This document shows, in pieces, positions 38,821 through 51,984 of a DNA stretch of 64,000 bases. Each line of letters begins with the position of its first letter. The first letter of the stretch is position 1. A program made the position numbers and the translations under genes. The notes beneath the pieces were generated by a model that was not told where the DNA came from, ran no database searches, and was given only the letters and a program-made list of their open reading frames with translations. Source of the DNA: Octopus sinensis (taxonomy: Eukaryota); assembly GCF_006345805.1 (NCBI RefSeq), contig NC_043006.1, positions 87,606,001 through 87,670,000 of the forward strand. Reading direction: 5' to 3'.

Positions 38821-39602
38821 GGAAAAAAAAAACATACTAAGAGAAAATTTCACCCAGTGGGGCAGTAAAAATCTCACATGAAACTACTTGCATCATATAA
38901 CAAGAAGGATAGAAAAACAAGTCGAAACATTACCATCACCATTGCCACTATTATAACCATCATCAGAATATTAACAATATATTTTTAAAATACATTCTGG
39001 TTGTAAGAAAGGATATTCATGGACATGACAGAGCAGCTTGTAATCTCTTTTAGAGAACATGCAAAGAAGCAAATATTCTAACTGAAGAAAAGTGATATGA
39101 AGCATAGATCAGAGGTTCAGGTAGAATATATGAACATTATTATTCTCAGGTATATGCAAATAATCTTAGATGGATAGATAGAATCTATCCACTGTGCTAT
39201 TGTTATAATAACTATGGCCATCACAGTTTGCATACTGGCAGATATATGTTGCTGAAATGAAAGAAATATTGCAGTTAAGAAAGCTGAAAATTCAACAAAT
39301 ATAAAGACCTACGAATAAAATAGGACAAATATGCAATGTGAATAAAAGAATTTTCCATGTGACTAAAGAAACTCAAAATACAGTTTAAAGAGAAATTATA
39401 AATGAATTGAATAATTTTCTGGAAAAATCTGATATATGTTTGTTGCAAAAGATAATATTGAACTCCTACACAGCTTATCCTAGGGAAACAGTATTTGTGA
39501 AATTGTGAATGAGAATACTTAACATCACAAACATTCCAGCATACATTCAAAGAATGATTTTGTAAATTAGAATATGTGCAGGAAAGGACAATATGTGAAA
39601 AG

Positions 39603-39632
<30 letters not shown>

Positions 39633-39633
<1 letters not shown>

Positions 39634-40047
39634 AGTTGTTTGACCTTAACCAGTTGAGCATGTCCCTTAGTGGCTGACGATATGTGCATCTCTGATCACG
39701 AGCAGAAGTAATGGGGGAGCATCATAGCCATGTGTTGAGAGGGATTATTTGGGGTTTGAATAATTCACCTCTGGAAACATGGGTGGTTTTTTCAACATCC
39801 TTAAACAACCCTTATTCAGGGACCGTTTGAGCGGGATGGGCTACTCGGCCTGAAGAAAATTCTAACTGGGTCCCACCTGCAAGGTCATGTGCTGTTTATC
39901 TTGATATGAGATCACCATGTCGCGCACATGTGGTTGTGATGCATGTGCCTGGTGTACCCTTATCAGACGGGTAGTCATGATGGGTATATTGGGCTTCGTA
40001 TATTTTACCCCAGTGTCACTTTGATGGCATGAACTGCTCTCTCACAC
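39633..40047 (+). mobile_element. AAT-flanked interspersed repeat, left-truncated copy
   Basis: Aligns with ~59756-60173 with scattered substitutions; (AAT)n on both sides. Confidence 0.8.
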
Positions 40048-40061
40048 AATAATAATAATAT

Positions 40062-40600
40062 GCCAGCATTACAACACTAAAACTTACAATAAGTGGTATA
40101 AACATGTGCCAATCAAGGTACAAGACAACGACCAGTCCACAATCATCTGCAATAGGCCAGTTCAAACTGACAAAGAAATGAAAGCTAATCATCCAGACAT
40201 AATCAAATATTGGGATCAAAACACCTGATTATTGATAGTCATTACAGTTCTTTCTGATCGAAATATTGTCCAAAATGAAGTGGAGAAATTGTCAAAATAC
40301 AAAGACCTCAAAATTGAAGTATTTAAGATGTGGGGCATGAAGGTAAAAGCAATACTAATAATAACTGGAGCATTGGGCATGATAAAAAAAAAACATATGG
40401 ACAAAAAACGTAGAAGGTATACCTGGGACCTCAAAACTACACACTATCCAAAAAATAGTCTTGCTAGGAACAGCCCACATCCTATTCAAGACACTATCAA
40501 TTCAATAATACAACCTAAAAAAAACAACCTACAAACACAAGACACTCTATACAGCAATCATCCAGTGAAATAAACTTCCACCAGCAAGTTAGAAAGCCCA
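40062..40600 (+). mobile_element. R4/Dong-clade REL endonuclease fragment
   Basis: KWYKH, TDKEMKANHPDI, EKLSKYKDLKIEVFKMWGMKVKAILIITGALGMIKK. Confidence 0.8.
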
Positions 40601-40820
40601 TGCGTTACACATTCAACACACAATATAAGCAGTAATACAACAAAAGACTGCACTGCACCTCAAGGGAAAAGAAATCTAATCTAACGCTGTAATACCAGGA
40701 AGAGTTTATGCACTCCCAACATCAGAAAAGGACACACAATGCTGCACACACCCCAGCAATATGGAGGTATAGCAGGTGATGCAGTAGACATTTGCCTCAA
40801 ACTACCAAATGTTGAACTAT

Positions 40821-40868
<48 letters not shown>

Positions 40869-40869
40869 G

Positions 40870-42040
40870 GAATTATCAGATAACAATAGTAATTTGTGAG
40901 CTTGGAAGTATCAGCATTCAGCTACCAACATGGCTCAAAAAGATCTGTACCAATGTAAAGATAGAACACCTACAAAAATCATCATTCCATGGAACTGCAA
41001 GAGTTCTCTGCTGGGTTCTTGAAACATGATCAGTAAGCAAGTGTTACCTTAGTTTGCTGGCTGTGGGCAGCTAACAATTTCCATCATACCCAATGAAATA
41101 AGCCAAGAGTTTTCATCAAACTAATAATCGTAATAATAATAGAAGAAATATCATTAAAGCAATAAATGCATGGGCTATGCCAGTATCAAGATACTCTACT
41201 CCCTTTCTGAAATGGACAAAGGTTGAGCTACAGAACTTGGTGAAAAGAACTAGAAAACTGCTCACAATTCACAATGCGTACTGTCTTAAAAGTATTACAG
41301 ACAAACTTACCAATAAAGGAAACAGATTGAAAGAAGTGGAATTACATGGCCAATTTATACAACAAACTGAGAATGTTGGAATTAAAAAATGCTGACTCTC
41401 TCTGATGGTTTGAAACCTGAAACAAGAGACTGGATTACTAATTATAGCCACTCAGGTACAAGCCATTAGGGTGAATCTGATGAAGAGAAAGATCAACAAA
41501 ATTCAGTCAAACAGCAAATGTAGAATCTGCAAGAAAGGAGACAAAAGTATCACTTGAGTGAATACAGAAAGCTAGCACAAAAAGAGTGTAAGTGAACGCA
41601 TGGCTGTATATGCATGACTGTGTAGGATGTTAGCTTGGTTTCAAAATAACAGGAAAGCAGTAAGAACATGAACCAGAGGCTGTATTAAGAAATGAGAATG
41701 CATGATCTTGTGGGACTTCCCCATATATAACTGACCATACTATTGAAGAAAGAAAATGAGAAACAATTTTAATGAAGAAAATAAAAAGTGTAAGATTACA
41801 GACTTTGCAATTGGCTATGATAACAGAATCAATACAAATGGAATTTCAAAAATGAGAAATATCGGGATCTAGCCAGTGAGCTGAAAAGACTATGGAAGAC
41901 TAAGATAACAATTATTCCTGTGGTAATTGGTGCACTTGGCACAACACTCAAAATCCTATCTAAATCACTGAAACATACTGGAACTGATCGTCCATTGCCA
42001 GCCTGCTGCAAAGTACCATCCTATATTCTGGAAGAAGGTT
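40870..42040 (+). mobile_element. Stacked R4/Dong-clade fragments (REL end, RT thumb, CCHC region, REL)
   Basis: LQKSSFHGTARVL; AINAWAMPVSRYSTPFLKWTKVELQNLVKRTRKLLTIH; LHGQF; CRICKKG; separated by (AAT)n. Confidence 0.75.
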
Positions 42041-42720
42041 GAAAGCATGACTCACATGGTTAGTGCTTGTGAAAATCTTGCACAGAAAGAGTACGAGTGC
42101 AGATATGACGAGGTGGTCAAAAACTTTCACTGGCTACTATGCTGGAAGAACAGTTATGAGATAACAGGTGGGATGAAAAGGGGAAGGCAAAGCTCCTCTG
42201 GAACTTTGACTTCCAAACAGACATGGTTTTAGAGCACTGAAGGCCACATGTAGTCACCTATAGGAGGGACAAACAAGAGTTCCTAATGAAAGACATGGCA
42301 GTGCCAGGAGATCAACATATCATCATGAAAGAAAAGAAAAAACTGATAAATATGGTGACCTGAGAATTGAGATCACCAACATGTGGCAGCTATGAGAGTG
42401 AAGCATAAAGGTTGTCCCTATTGCCATTGGAGCATTGGGTTCACTACCACCTAACCTAAAGAAACATCTGGAAACTACCCTAGAAGAAGAAGAAGAAGAA
42501 GAAGAAGAAGAAGAAGAAGAAGAAGAAGAAGACGACGACGACGACGACGACCCTACAATCTAAGTGTATTGCAAAATCAGCATTACTTGGAACTACATTC
42601 ATATTGCATAAAGAACTGTCTGAGGTTCTTATTGTGACTTGACAAACAGTACAAACCCCCGGCAAACATAATATCTTCAATCCACAACAACACGATATTG
42701 GATATCATGCAACATCTTCA
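42040..42720 (+). mobile_element. R4/Dong-clade CCHC-REL fragment containing a (GAA)n(GAC)n expansion
   Basis: HMVSACENLAQKEYECRYD, LWNFDFQTD, DKYGDLRIEI, VVPIAIGALG; microsatellite 42483-42551. Confidence 0.8.
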
Positions 42721-43492
42721 ATAATAATAACAACAATGTATTAAAAGGCAAGTAGTTGATGCAATATTATAAAAGCAAACTACAAAAAGCTTATTTCTAA
42801 TAGAGATCAGGTTATAGATTTAGGCAGAGAAGTTTAGTTGCTTTGAGTCTAGTATTTGTCTTTTACCCAGCTTCAAAAGTAAGGGAGCATAAGTGAATAA
42901 TGCATAACTAATGATATTAATATTAACTCTATACAAGCACATTTACATATTCTGTACGTATTATTTAGAAATAAAGATGCATGGAGTAAAGGGTGGGAAA
43001 AAGAGAGAGGAAAAAATTATATGTAAACAAATACAGAAATATTAGAAAATACATCAGGTTAGTACAGGGAACATGACAATGCTTCAGTTGTGTTAATTTA
43101 TGATGGTAATATAATAAAAGAAAACTCTAAGACGAAGAAAGATTCAGTACCAACATGCTTTTACAGAATGGCAATGATTAATATGAAACTTGAGAATGAC
43201 ACAAGTGAAAACATTATATCAATGACCAAAGAGATGAAATGGAGCAAGATCCAGCTGATTGTAAATATACTGCTATTGGCTTATAGAGCAAGTAAAATAC
43301 AATTACATAGATAGAGAAACGTAGTGCAAGGGGAAGAAATGTACAAGAAAGGTGGAGTATGTTGGATGACAGAAACAGTTTTGCAAAGGATCAGTAAAAG
43401 CAGAGGCAAGTTGGAGAAAGAGATTATTTGCATTGTGGGAAGTAAAATGGAACAGTCAATATTGATATCAACCACCTAAATTTTCTGTTGTT

Positions 43493-43573
43493 GAAGAAGA
43501 AGAAGAAGAAGAAGAAGAAGAAGAAGAAGAAGAAGAAGAAGAAGAAGAAGAAGAAGAAGAAGAAGAAGAAGAA
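43493..43573. repeat. (GAA)n microsatellite
   Basis: Directly visible. Confidence 0.97.
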
Positions 43574-43719
43574 TGGCAGAGAAAAAAGGAGGAAAAGGAA
43601 GATAAGATGAGTGGGAAATGAAGGAGAGAAGATGGGGAGAAGAAAGAGGAAGAACTAGAATGTTGGTTTCAAATTTTGGCACAAGGTCAGCAAGCTTGGG
43701 AGAGGGGTTGTGTCAATAT

Positions 43720-44540
43720 ATTTCTGCAACGCATTTGATGGAACAATAGACCATCGCATCTAGGGATGTCCTGTGCTGACACCAAACAAATACAAAGATC
43801 GCCACGACAGGGTAGGATAGTATTTACATTGGAAAATATGTAAACACTACAAAACCAGCACTCCTGCTTAGTAGTTTGAGCATCATCCTGAGTCAGTCGT
43901 TGAAGGTAAAATATCACTATCCTCTGGGATTTTCTAGTCAACACTGACAGAATGATCCAGGTTAATCAACCAGCCATAATTATTAAAGACAGGGAAGAAA
44001 ATACTTGTAGACTAATAGATGTAAATGTTCTCACTGATAAAAATATATCTTTCTTTTGTTTATTTCAGTCATTTGACTGTGGCCATGCTGGAGCACTGCC
44101 TTTAGTTGAACAAATCAACCCCAGTACTTGTTCTTTGTAAGCCTAGTACTTATTCTATCGGTCTGTAAAGGAATTTAACAAATTAAGTAAATATAAGGCC
44201 CTGGAAACTGAAATACAAAAGATGTGGCATCTTAAAGCAAGACCTGTTCCTGTTATTGTAGGTGCGCTAGGTATGAAAAAAAACAGATGTCAGAAACATC
44301 GAAATAAGATCCTAGGAGAACAAAGAAATCCCAAAGATTGTGCAAACAATTGCTACCCACATCCTTAGAAAAACCCTATCCATTCAAATATCTGTGTTGT
44401 ATTACATGAAGATATTTCACTACAGCCCTTGCCACTTCCTGCTCCAAGCTTTCAGTCATACTGTAACATCTCTTATCCTTCACTCACCCTAAGACACTAG
44501 GTGTGTCTCAGCAAGTAATTGTAACTAACATGCAGATTAA
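43720..44540 (+). mobile_element. R4/Dong-clade CCHC-REL fragment interrupted by a reverse SINE (44048-44164)
   Basis: GCPVLTPNKYKDRHDRVG, ILWDFLVNTDR, KYKALETEIQKMWHLK; ends in (AAT)n. Confidence 0.8.
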
Positions 44541-44560
44541 AAGTAAAAGATAATAATAAT

Positions 44561-44835
44561 ATGTTGTTGTATTTAGGAATGGTCATTTTGCCAGTTTAGC
44601 CAATAAAAACACATGCACTATATATTTGGTGTTAATTTGCTTCAGCGTTATTTATTTTTTACATTAATCTTAATCTTATTTTGGCCAAACTGGCCAAAAT
44701 AAGATTAAGATTAATGTATATTTAATATATTAGTAATATTTTGCTAAACTGGCAAAATGACCATTCCTAAATATAACAACATCTGTTTCAACACACGATT
44801 TCACTTCAAGAATCTTGCAAAACAAATATATAAAC

Positions 44836-44836
<1 letters not shown>
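44561..44836. repeat. Fold-back palindrome of the same family as 26581-26930
   Basis: Left arm 44561-44687, 3-nt loop, right arm 44691-44782 with an internal deletion replaced by AT filler. Confidence 0.85.
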
Positions 44837-44867
<31 letters not shown>

Positions 44868-45549
44868 CCTTTCTGTTGTAGGCACAAGTCCTGAAATTTT
44901 GGAGGAGGGGGCTAGTCAATTTCATCAACCCCAATTCTCAACTGATATTTATTTTATTGACCCCAAAGAGATGAAAGGAAAAGTCGACCTCAGCAGAATT
45001 TGAATGCAGATCATGAGAACAGACAAAATGCCATTAAGCATTTTGTTGAGTGTACTAGCAATTCTGCCAGCTCTCCACCTTAATGATAATAGTAACCCTG
45101 ATAATAATGATGAAGGTTTCAAATTTTGGCACAAAGCCAGAAATTTAAGTGAAGGGGTAGTTAATTGCATCACTCCTTTCACCCACCCCGGTGCTGAACA
45201 TGTACATATTTTATCAACCTCCACAAAAGGAGGAAAAGTAAAGTCAACCTCAGCAGAATTTGAACTCAGAACATAAAAGCAAATGAAACTGTGCAAGCAG
45301 TTTGTCCAGTGTGTTCACAGTTCTGTCAGCTTGCCACCTTAATAAGAATAATAATAATCCTTTCTATTATAAGCACAAGCCCTGAAATTTTAGTGGGAGG
45401 AGATTAGTTGATTAAATCAACCCTGGTACACAACTGGTACTTATTCTATCAACCCCAAAAGGATGAAAGCAAAGTCATCCCTGAAGGTATTTGAACTCAG
45501 AATGTAAGGATGGATGAAATGTTGTTAAGCATTTCTCCTGGCATGCTAA
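44837..45549 (-). mobile_element. Head-to-tail trimer of tRNA-derived SINEs with (ATT)n tails
   Basis: Three units (~44837-45081, ~45090-45340, ~45345-45549), each with a B-box-like motif, TGAGTTCAAAT on minus in units 2 and 3; units 1 and 2 also have an A-box-like head (TGGCAGAAT in unit 1). Confidence 0.75.
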
Positions 45550-45893
45550 AATATGGAGTATGAAAGTAAAAAAATGAACACAATAAAGAAAAGAAAACTG
45601 AAATGGAATATGACTAAAATAAAGAAGCTTAGTTTATCATAATGTTATTGTTTGGTTAATGTCATCTTAAGATGCTCTGTAGCACTTTAGAGAATGTTGG
45701 TAATATTTTAATTCCTTTATTTGATAGGTTTTAATTTAAATTTCTTTAAATGAAATGTTTATGAAAAATAAAAATTTAATAATTTCAAATAGCAAACAAC
45801 AGTCTCTAAACAGGATAATTATTTTAGTTTTAATGGAATTTATCTAATTTAATATCATTATAATAGTGGCGTGTTTAATATAGAGAAAAAAAA

Positions 45894-46250
45894 TGAGCTG
45901 TGTGGTAAGTAGCTTGCTTATGAGCCACATGGTTCTGGGTTAAGTCCCACTGTGTGGCACCTTGGGCAAGTATCTTCTGCTATAGCCTGGGGCCAACCAA
46001 AGCCTTGTGAGTGGATTTGGTAGACGGAAACTGAAAAAAGTCCGTCGTGTGTGTTTGTCCCCTCAACATTGCTTGACAACAGCTGCTGGTGTGTTTACGT
46101 CTCCGTAACGTAGCGGTTCAGTAAAAGAGATCGATTGAATAAGTACTAGGCTTACAAAGACTAAGTTCTGGGGTCTATTTGCTCGACTAAAGGTGGTGCT
46201 CCAGCATGGCCACAGTCAAATGACTGAAACATGTAAAAGAGTAAGAGTAA
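45894..46250 (+). mobile_element. Near full-length tRNA-derived SINE
   Basis: Same family as 4218-4615. Confidence 0.8.
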
Positions 46251-46298
46251 TCACTTGTTTGTTTCTTTCAAAGGTGGTGTTATTATTTTTTGTTTTGC

Positions 46299-46334
<36 letters not shown>

Positions 46335-46584
46335 TGCTAAAGTAATGATGGAGGAGTGAAGTTATCAACAGGTATTCATTTAGAAATAAAAATCTGTTAC
46401 AAATTGTTCGTATTTTCTTGATACCTTATATATCTCATGTATCATGACTAGATAAATATCTATGTGCATGTGTGTGTATGCATGCACACACACACACACA
46501 CACACATTTATTTTCATGCAAACACACAATAGCTCACCACTGTAGGCAGGCAAGCAGGCAGCCAGGCAGATAGATAGATAGATA

Positions 46585-48190
46585 ACTTTCTTTATTGGCC
46601 ACACAGGGCTGAACACTTAGGGGACAAATACAAATGTAGAACTTTTCTTTTCAAAAATGGAAAAAAGGGGAAAAATAAGAAACAAAGTAAAATTTCGATC
46701 AAAAGGGTTGGGGAAGAAAAAATATCAAAAGGGATCTTATATAACAGAAGAGTTTTGAAAATGTGAAGAGTAAGATTAGGTTTATCTGTGGAAAGAAAAA
46801 CCTACGGAAAAGACCACAGTAACCTCAGGCAGGGAGGAAAATAAACACATGAGAGCAAAGTGCTCCCTCTCTCTCTTTTTTTCGATTTACAGGATCAGGC
46901 TCAAGTGGTTTCGTCACTCACATGCACCATCTTTTCTACATTCACCTACCTTTTTTTGAAACTTTCATGAAACAAAACCTGCCACTCCATTCTCACCTTC
47001 CTTTTCAAGTGGTACTTGAAAGAGTTGACGAGCGATTGGCCAGAGAGGTAGGTGTTTGTCTCTAATCCGTTCACTTGAGTCCACCACACACACTCTTTCA
47101 CGATGGCCACCAGTACTATGAAGATGGCAGACCAATTGTCACGAGAGACTCGGCCAACAGATGGACTCGTCCCACATGTGACAGCAGCTGTTTGGCATAA
47201 GCCCACAGGTCCGAAATGGTTGGACACTGCACGAGTGCATGCAGAATGGTTTCATCACCTTGACCGCATCTCAGGCAAGTCAGTCCAGTGTGTCTCGAAC
47301 CGTGCCTGTAGAGCTTATCCCAAATGGATAATGCTTTTCAAAAGCACTGCTAGGCCAGGGATCTTTGGTGATAGACCATAGGTCCCGACCCAAAAGTTGT
47401 CCTGAACAGGTGGGTCAGGTGTTCCTCATCGACACCCAGATTCTGCCCGAGAACATCATCGCACCTCCCCTCCACTAATCCTCTATAGAACACCTTTGTT
47501 GTAATGAAGTCGCACAAGTTTGGTCCTGGACAACAGAGTTGCTTGAGAGCAACGCAACACTCATGGCACCATTCGCCTAGCCTTGGTCTCTGTTTGATCC
47601 GTGACTGAAATTAGGCCAAGAAGATGAGCTGCGGGGAAAGCACGCCACACAAACAGTGACCACATCTGTTCACTGTCATCTATGAAGTGCCAGAGATGTT
47701 GCAGACTCAGCACATGTCTGCGCATCATCAACCACGGCATGCCTAGCCTTCCATTGGAACTTTTCATTTCCACAACAAGCGAAACAGTATGCATTCCAGT
47801 TTGGTGATGGCAGAGTTGGGACAAGGCACAACGGTCAGATGGTAATCGACAACGGTCCACCGTCCCACAATGGAGATGCTGTTGGATAGCATGGGCTTGC
47901 TTCTCCAGGTGCCAAGCCACAAGACCACTGACTTTTCCCGGTTAATTTTTGCTCCTGTTACTGCTTCGTATTCTTTTAGTGTCTCGCTGACCAGGTCGAT
48001 GTGCTTGTGGCTCGACACTATGACGGTGACATCATCCGCGTATGCAGACATGCTCCTCCCACATCCCAGCTGTCATGGGATGCCCCTCAGCATTGCCAGC
48101 TTCTGCAGTAGTGGCTCAAGTGTCAATACATACAGAAGTGATGAGAGAGGGCATCCTTGATGAACCGAACGCATGATGTTAAATGGTCTG
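46585..48190 (-). mobile_element. Tx1/L1-clade LINE, 5'-truncated, with its 3' end
   Basis: QGCPLS and SAYADDVTV RT motifs, GAKINREKS, C-terminal Cys/His region, AATAAA (46591-46596 on minus) near the 3' end; flanked by (GATA)n/(GGAT)n. Confidence 0.88.
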
Positions 48191-48255
48191 GATGGATGGA
48201 TGGATGGATGGATAGATAGATAGATAACTAGGTAGATAGATATAGACAGATAGAC

Positions 48256-48314
<59 letters not shown>

Positions 48315-48331
48315 CAGATAGATAGACAGAC

Positions 48332-48374
<43 letters not shown>

Positions 48375-48424
48375 CAGATAGATAGACAGATAGAATAAGC
48401 AGACAGAGAGAGATAGGGAGAGAG
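48186..48424. repeat. (GGAT)n(GATA)n(GACA) microsatellite
   Basis: Directly visible. Confidence 0.95.
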
Positions 48425-48430
48425 AGATGA

Positions 48431-48641
48431 TTTCAAATTTTGACACGAGCAGTAATTTCTAGGGAGGGGTGTAAGTCTATTACACCGACCCCCCAGTACT
48501 CAACTGGTAATTATTTTATCAACCTCAAAAGGATGAAAGACGAAGTTGACCTCACCTGAACTTGAACTCAGAATGTAAAGATGGATGAAATGCTACTAAG
48601 CATTTTGCCCTACATGCTAACCATTCTGCTAGCTTACCACT
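48431..48641 (-). mobile_element. tRNA-derived SINE (ATT-tailed family)
   Basis: Matches units of 44837-45549. Confidence 0.7.
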
Positions 48642-51600
48642 GTAGGCAGGCAGGCATGCAGCCATAAACATAGATGGATGGATGGAGAGAGAGAGAGAGG
48701 GAGAGAGGGAGAGAGATAGATAAGTAGTTAGGTAGATAGATATTAGTATATGAATGATGAAATAACAGAAGTTATGTCATCATATTCAATGACTTAAAAT
48801 TGTATCTAGTTAGCATGAGGGAGTTGTACCAAGAGTTGAGTGACAGTATGACAGTTCCATCAGAGCCTTAAAATCTCGTTCATTTTTTTAATTTCAATTA
48901 CACTCTATACTTATCTTCTGGTTTATTTATGAATCTGGAGACAAAGATATCAGGGAATTCACACCAAATCTCAGCTGGAGCTTAGTGTGATACCATACAT
49001 CATAAGTATAATGGATTCTTTCGACTGGTTATTGGTCCTGCCATGGCTATGAAGAATTATATATGCATAGAGATTTACAAGGAAAAGGCTGACAATAACT
49101 TTGAAAGAGCAGCTCAGTTATAATAAAACTTTGATGTCACTGTCAACATTTTCCTCGTGAAAATAAATATATGATAGACTACTTAAACATATGAAGTGAT
49201 CCTTCATATATATATATATGTATAATTATACTAAAAGCAAAAATTTATACAAAGACATCATCATGCAAGCACATATATTAAGAAACACACATATATGTAT
49301 ATATACACATTCACGTATATGCACATGTCCATATATACATATGCACGTATTCACACAGATGTATACATGTATATAAACATCATTTAGTATATGACTTTTG
49401 AAAACCATCTGTACATGATTTTCAGATCTGTATAAAGTTAATGTATTTTTAATCATGTGAAATATTGGTTGCTGCTTGGCAATTTGTAACTGTTATAGCA
49501 GCAGGGGACTATCTAGAGATTTGACTATGACCTCTTTTGACCTGGTTTCCATTTCCGACTAAATATATCTTCCACACTACATTAAGTATGATAGACTCAA
49601 CTTGACTGTTATTTTTCATGTGGATGAATGGAGTCCCTGGGTAATTGCTTATACCATTATGATGTTTGATACTTGTTGGTGCATGTTATTGTTCATCAAT
49701 ATAGCTCTAACTTGAATTATTTTTTTGTTTGGATGGAAGTAGTCATTGGTTAATAGCTCTCATCCATAGTAAATAATATAGCTACAGATATAAAAGGACA
49801 GGAAGGTCATGGTTAGAATGTCTCTGATGACAGTCCTGCTCAATCAGGGTTGATCTGGGACCAGACAAAATTGAGCACAGCAATTATGAAGTAGTAACAT
49901 TCTGATCAGTCATATGCCATCATATGACATAACCAATAATATGCTGCTTGAGTAGCCCGCCAGGAAATTTTCCCAATAGAGTGCCTTTATTTCATTTTCT
50001 TGTTTCAATCCATGTCAGACAATGTCATCCCTGATGGATAGGCCTCTTGATCAAGACAGCTTTCTGCATCATTTGGGGCCATTATAAATGTTTCAATAAA
50101 TGAAGTATTTTGGTTTTCCATTTGGAGCATAGATGTAAAGATTTATCTAATTATCCACTCTTGAACATCCAACATAAAGCTGACCATGAGTGAAGCAGGG
50201 CTCTTTGAGGAATAAACTGGCAGCCAAAATCATTTATGTTTGAATTTAGTTTATGGTCATGGCATAACTAAAACTTACTGCAAATTCAAGTCATTTGAAT
50301 TGAAATAAGATGCTGTATCTTGTGTATGTAACAGAGACTCTGCGCGCTTATCATCTAATGAATACATCTAATGCTGGGGTATGGCATGAGACCACAAAAC
50401 AGAGGCTCATGTTCACATAACATCAAGTCTGTCCATTCTCTGTTCAGGTGTCTACCAAGCTCCCTGCTGAAGCTTTGTGAAAGTCTTTCAACTCTGTCAC
50501 CCTGATAAAATTCCTTATTCACATGCATATACACACACTGACACATAGATGCAGAATGAGATATATACACACACACACATAGAGTAAGAGAGAGTGGTAA
50601 ACATATACAGAGAGAGAAGGTTTAAATTTACAGTGAGGCAAGTAGATAAGACAGAGAGGGAGAAAGATGAGTATACATACACAAATATACAAATGTATAC
50701 ATATTCAGGTAATGACGACTTTAAGCCAACGGTTTCTAAACACATTAGTGAATGGTTTAAGCGTGTGTGTCACAAAGTTTCTGAAATAACTTGACATATA
50801 TACATATATATATATTTAGGTTCAGATGAATATGGTATATTTGAAATTGTATGGATAATACCGTGCTAAATTCTGGTGCCTCAAAGTAAGGTATTTAAAA
50901 TCAAAATAAGCAACAAGGATATCCAGAGGTAATGCAATATGATCGTTTCATGCAACTTCACTTAATTGAGCAAAGCAATCATTACATCTACTTAAAATGC
51001 AGAGCAATCCTCAGCTGCACAAAGACAGAATATAATTAAATTAGAACAGATGGACACATTAGTATAATTATACCTAAAATCTCCAAGAAGTTAGGGAGAT
51101 AGACAAAGAACATGCTGTTCTTACTCCAGCATAGAAGTTACTAAGCTTTTCAAGAAGATATACATTGTTACAGACTCTACCTGTCACTGATTGTTTTGTT
51201 TTTATGGGTCAATTCTAATTTATAGACTAATTTATCAAAACTCTTGTATATCTAAAGCTGAGAGAACAGAGGGCAATATCTGTTAGGGGTAGGGCTGAGG
51301 GAGCAGACAGACATCATAGTTGGTATAGTCATAAAAATCAAGTTTATTAGAAGCAATATCATGAGGTTTGGTAAAGGAAAACTTAAAACAAGATGTTAGC
51401 TGACAATTAAGAGGGTTGCCCACTAGCAGACCATTGATAATGAAACAGGGGAAGTCTTATCATGTAACACTATAGTTAAATATTTTAAACAATGTTGCTA
51501 TATTGTATACAGTTAAAGTTTAGGGTTATTCAGAGGATTATTAAGAAGAATATTATAACAAAAGGATAGAAATTTATGAATACTTTTGAGTATACACCAA

Positions 51601-51984
51601 ACTTTTACCACAATAGAGGGAGGAAAAGAAATTATCCAGAAATAGTTTAATATTTATATATATTGTACACTAAAATACTAACTCATCAGAAGGTATCTGT
51701 GAATATTGATTAATCGGTATATACTGGTATTAATAAAGGAGTATTGAGGTAAAGGAACATGCTAATTATATATTAATAAAATTATAATTTAAGCAGTTTT
51801 TTTTAATAAGTAGTGAATATACCAGTATAGTTTTATATAAGCTAAGTATGAATTTATAGAGATACAAAAATTAGATTAATTTTATAAATAAATAAAGGCT
51901 AATTATAAAATAATAAAGAAATAAAATGAAATAATCAAGTAGGGCAGAACATGATAGCAAAGGAAATAAAATAGCTTAATTAAG

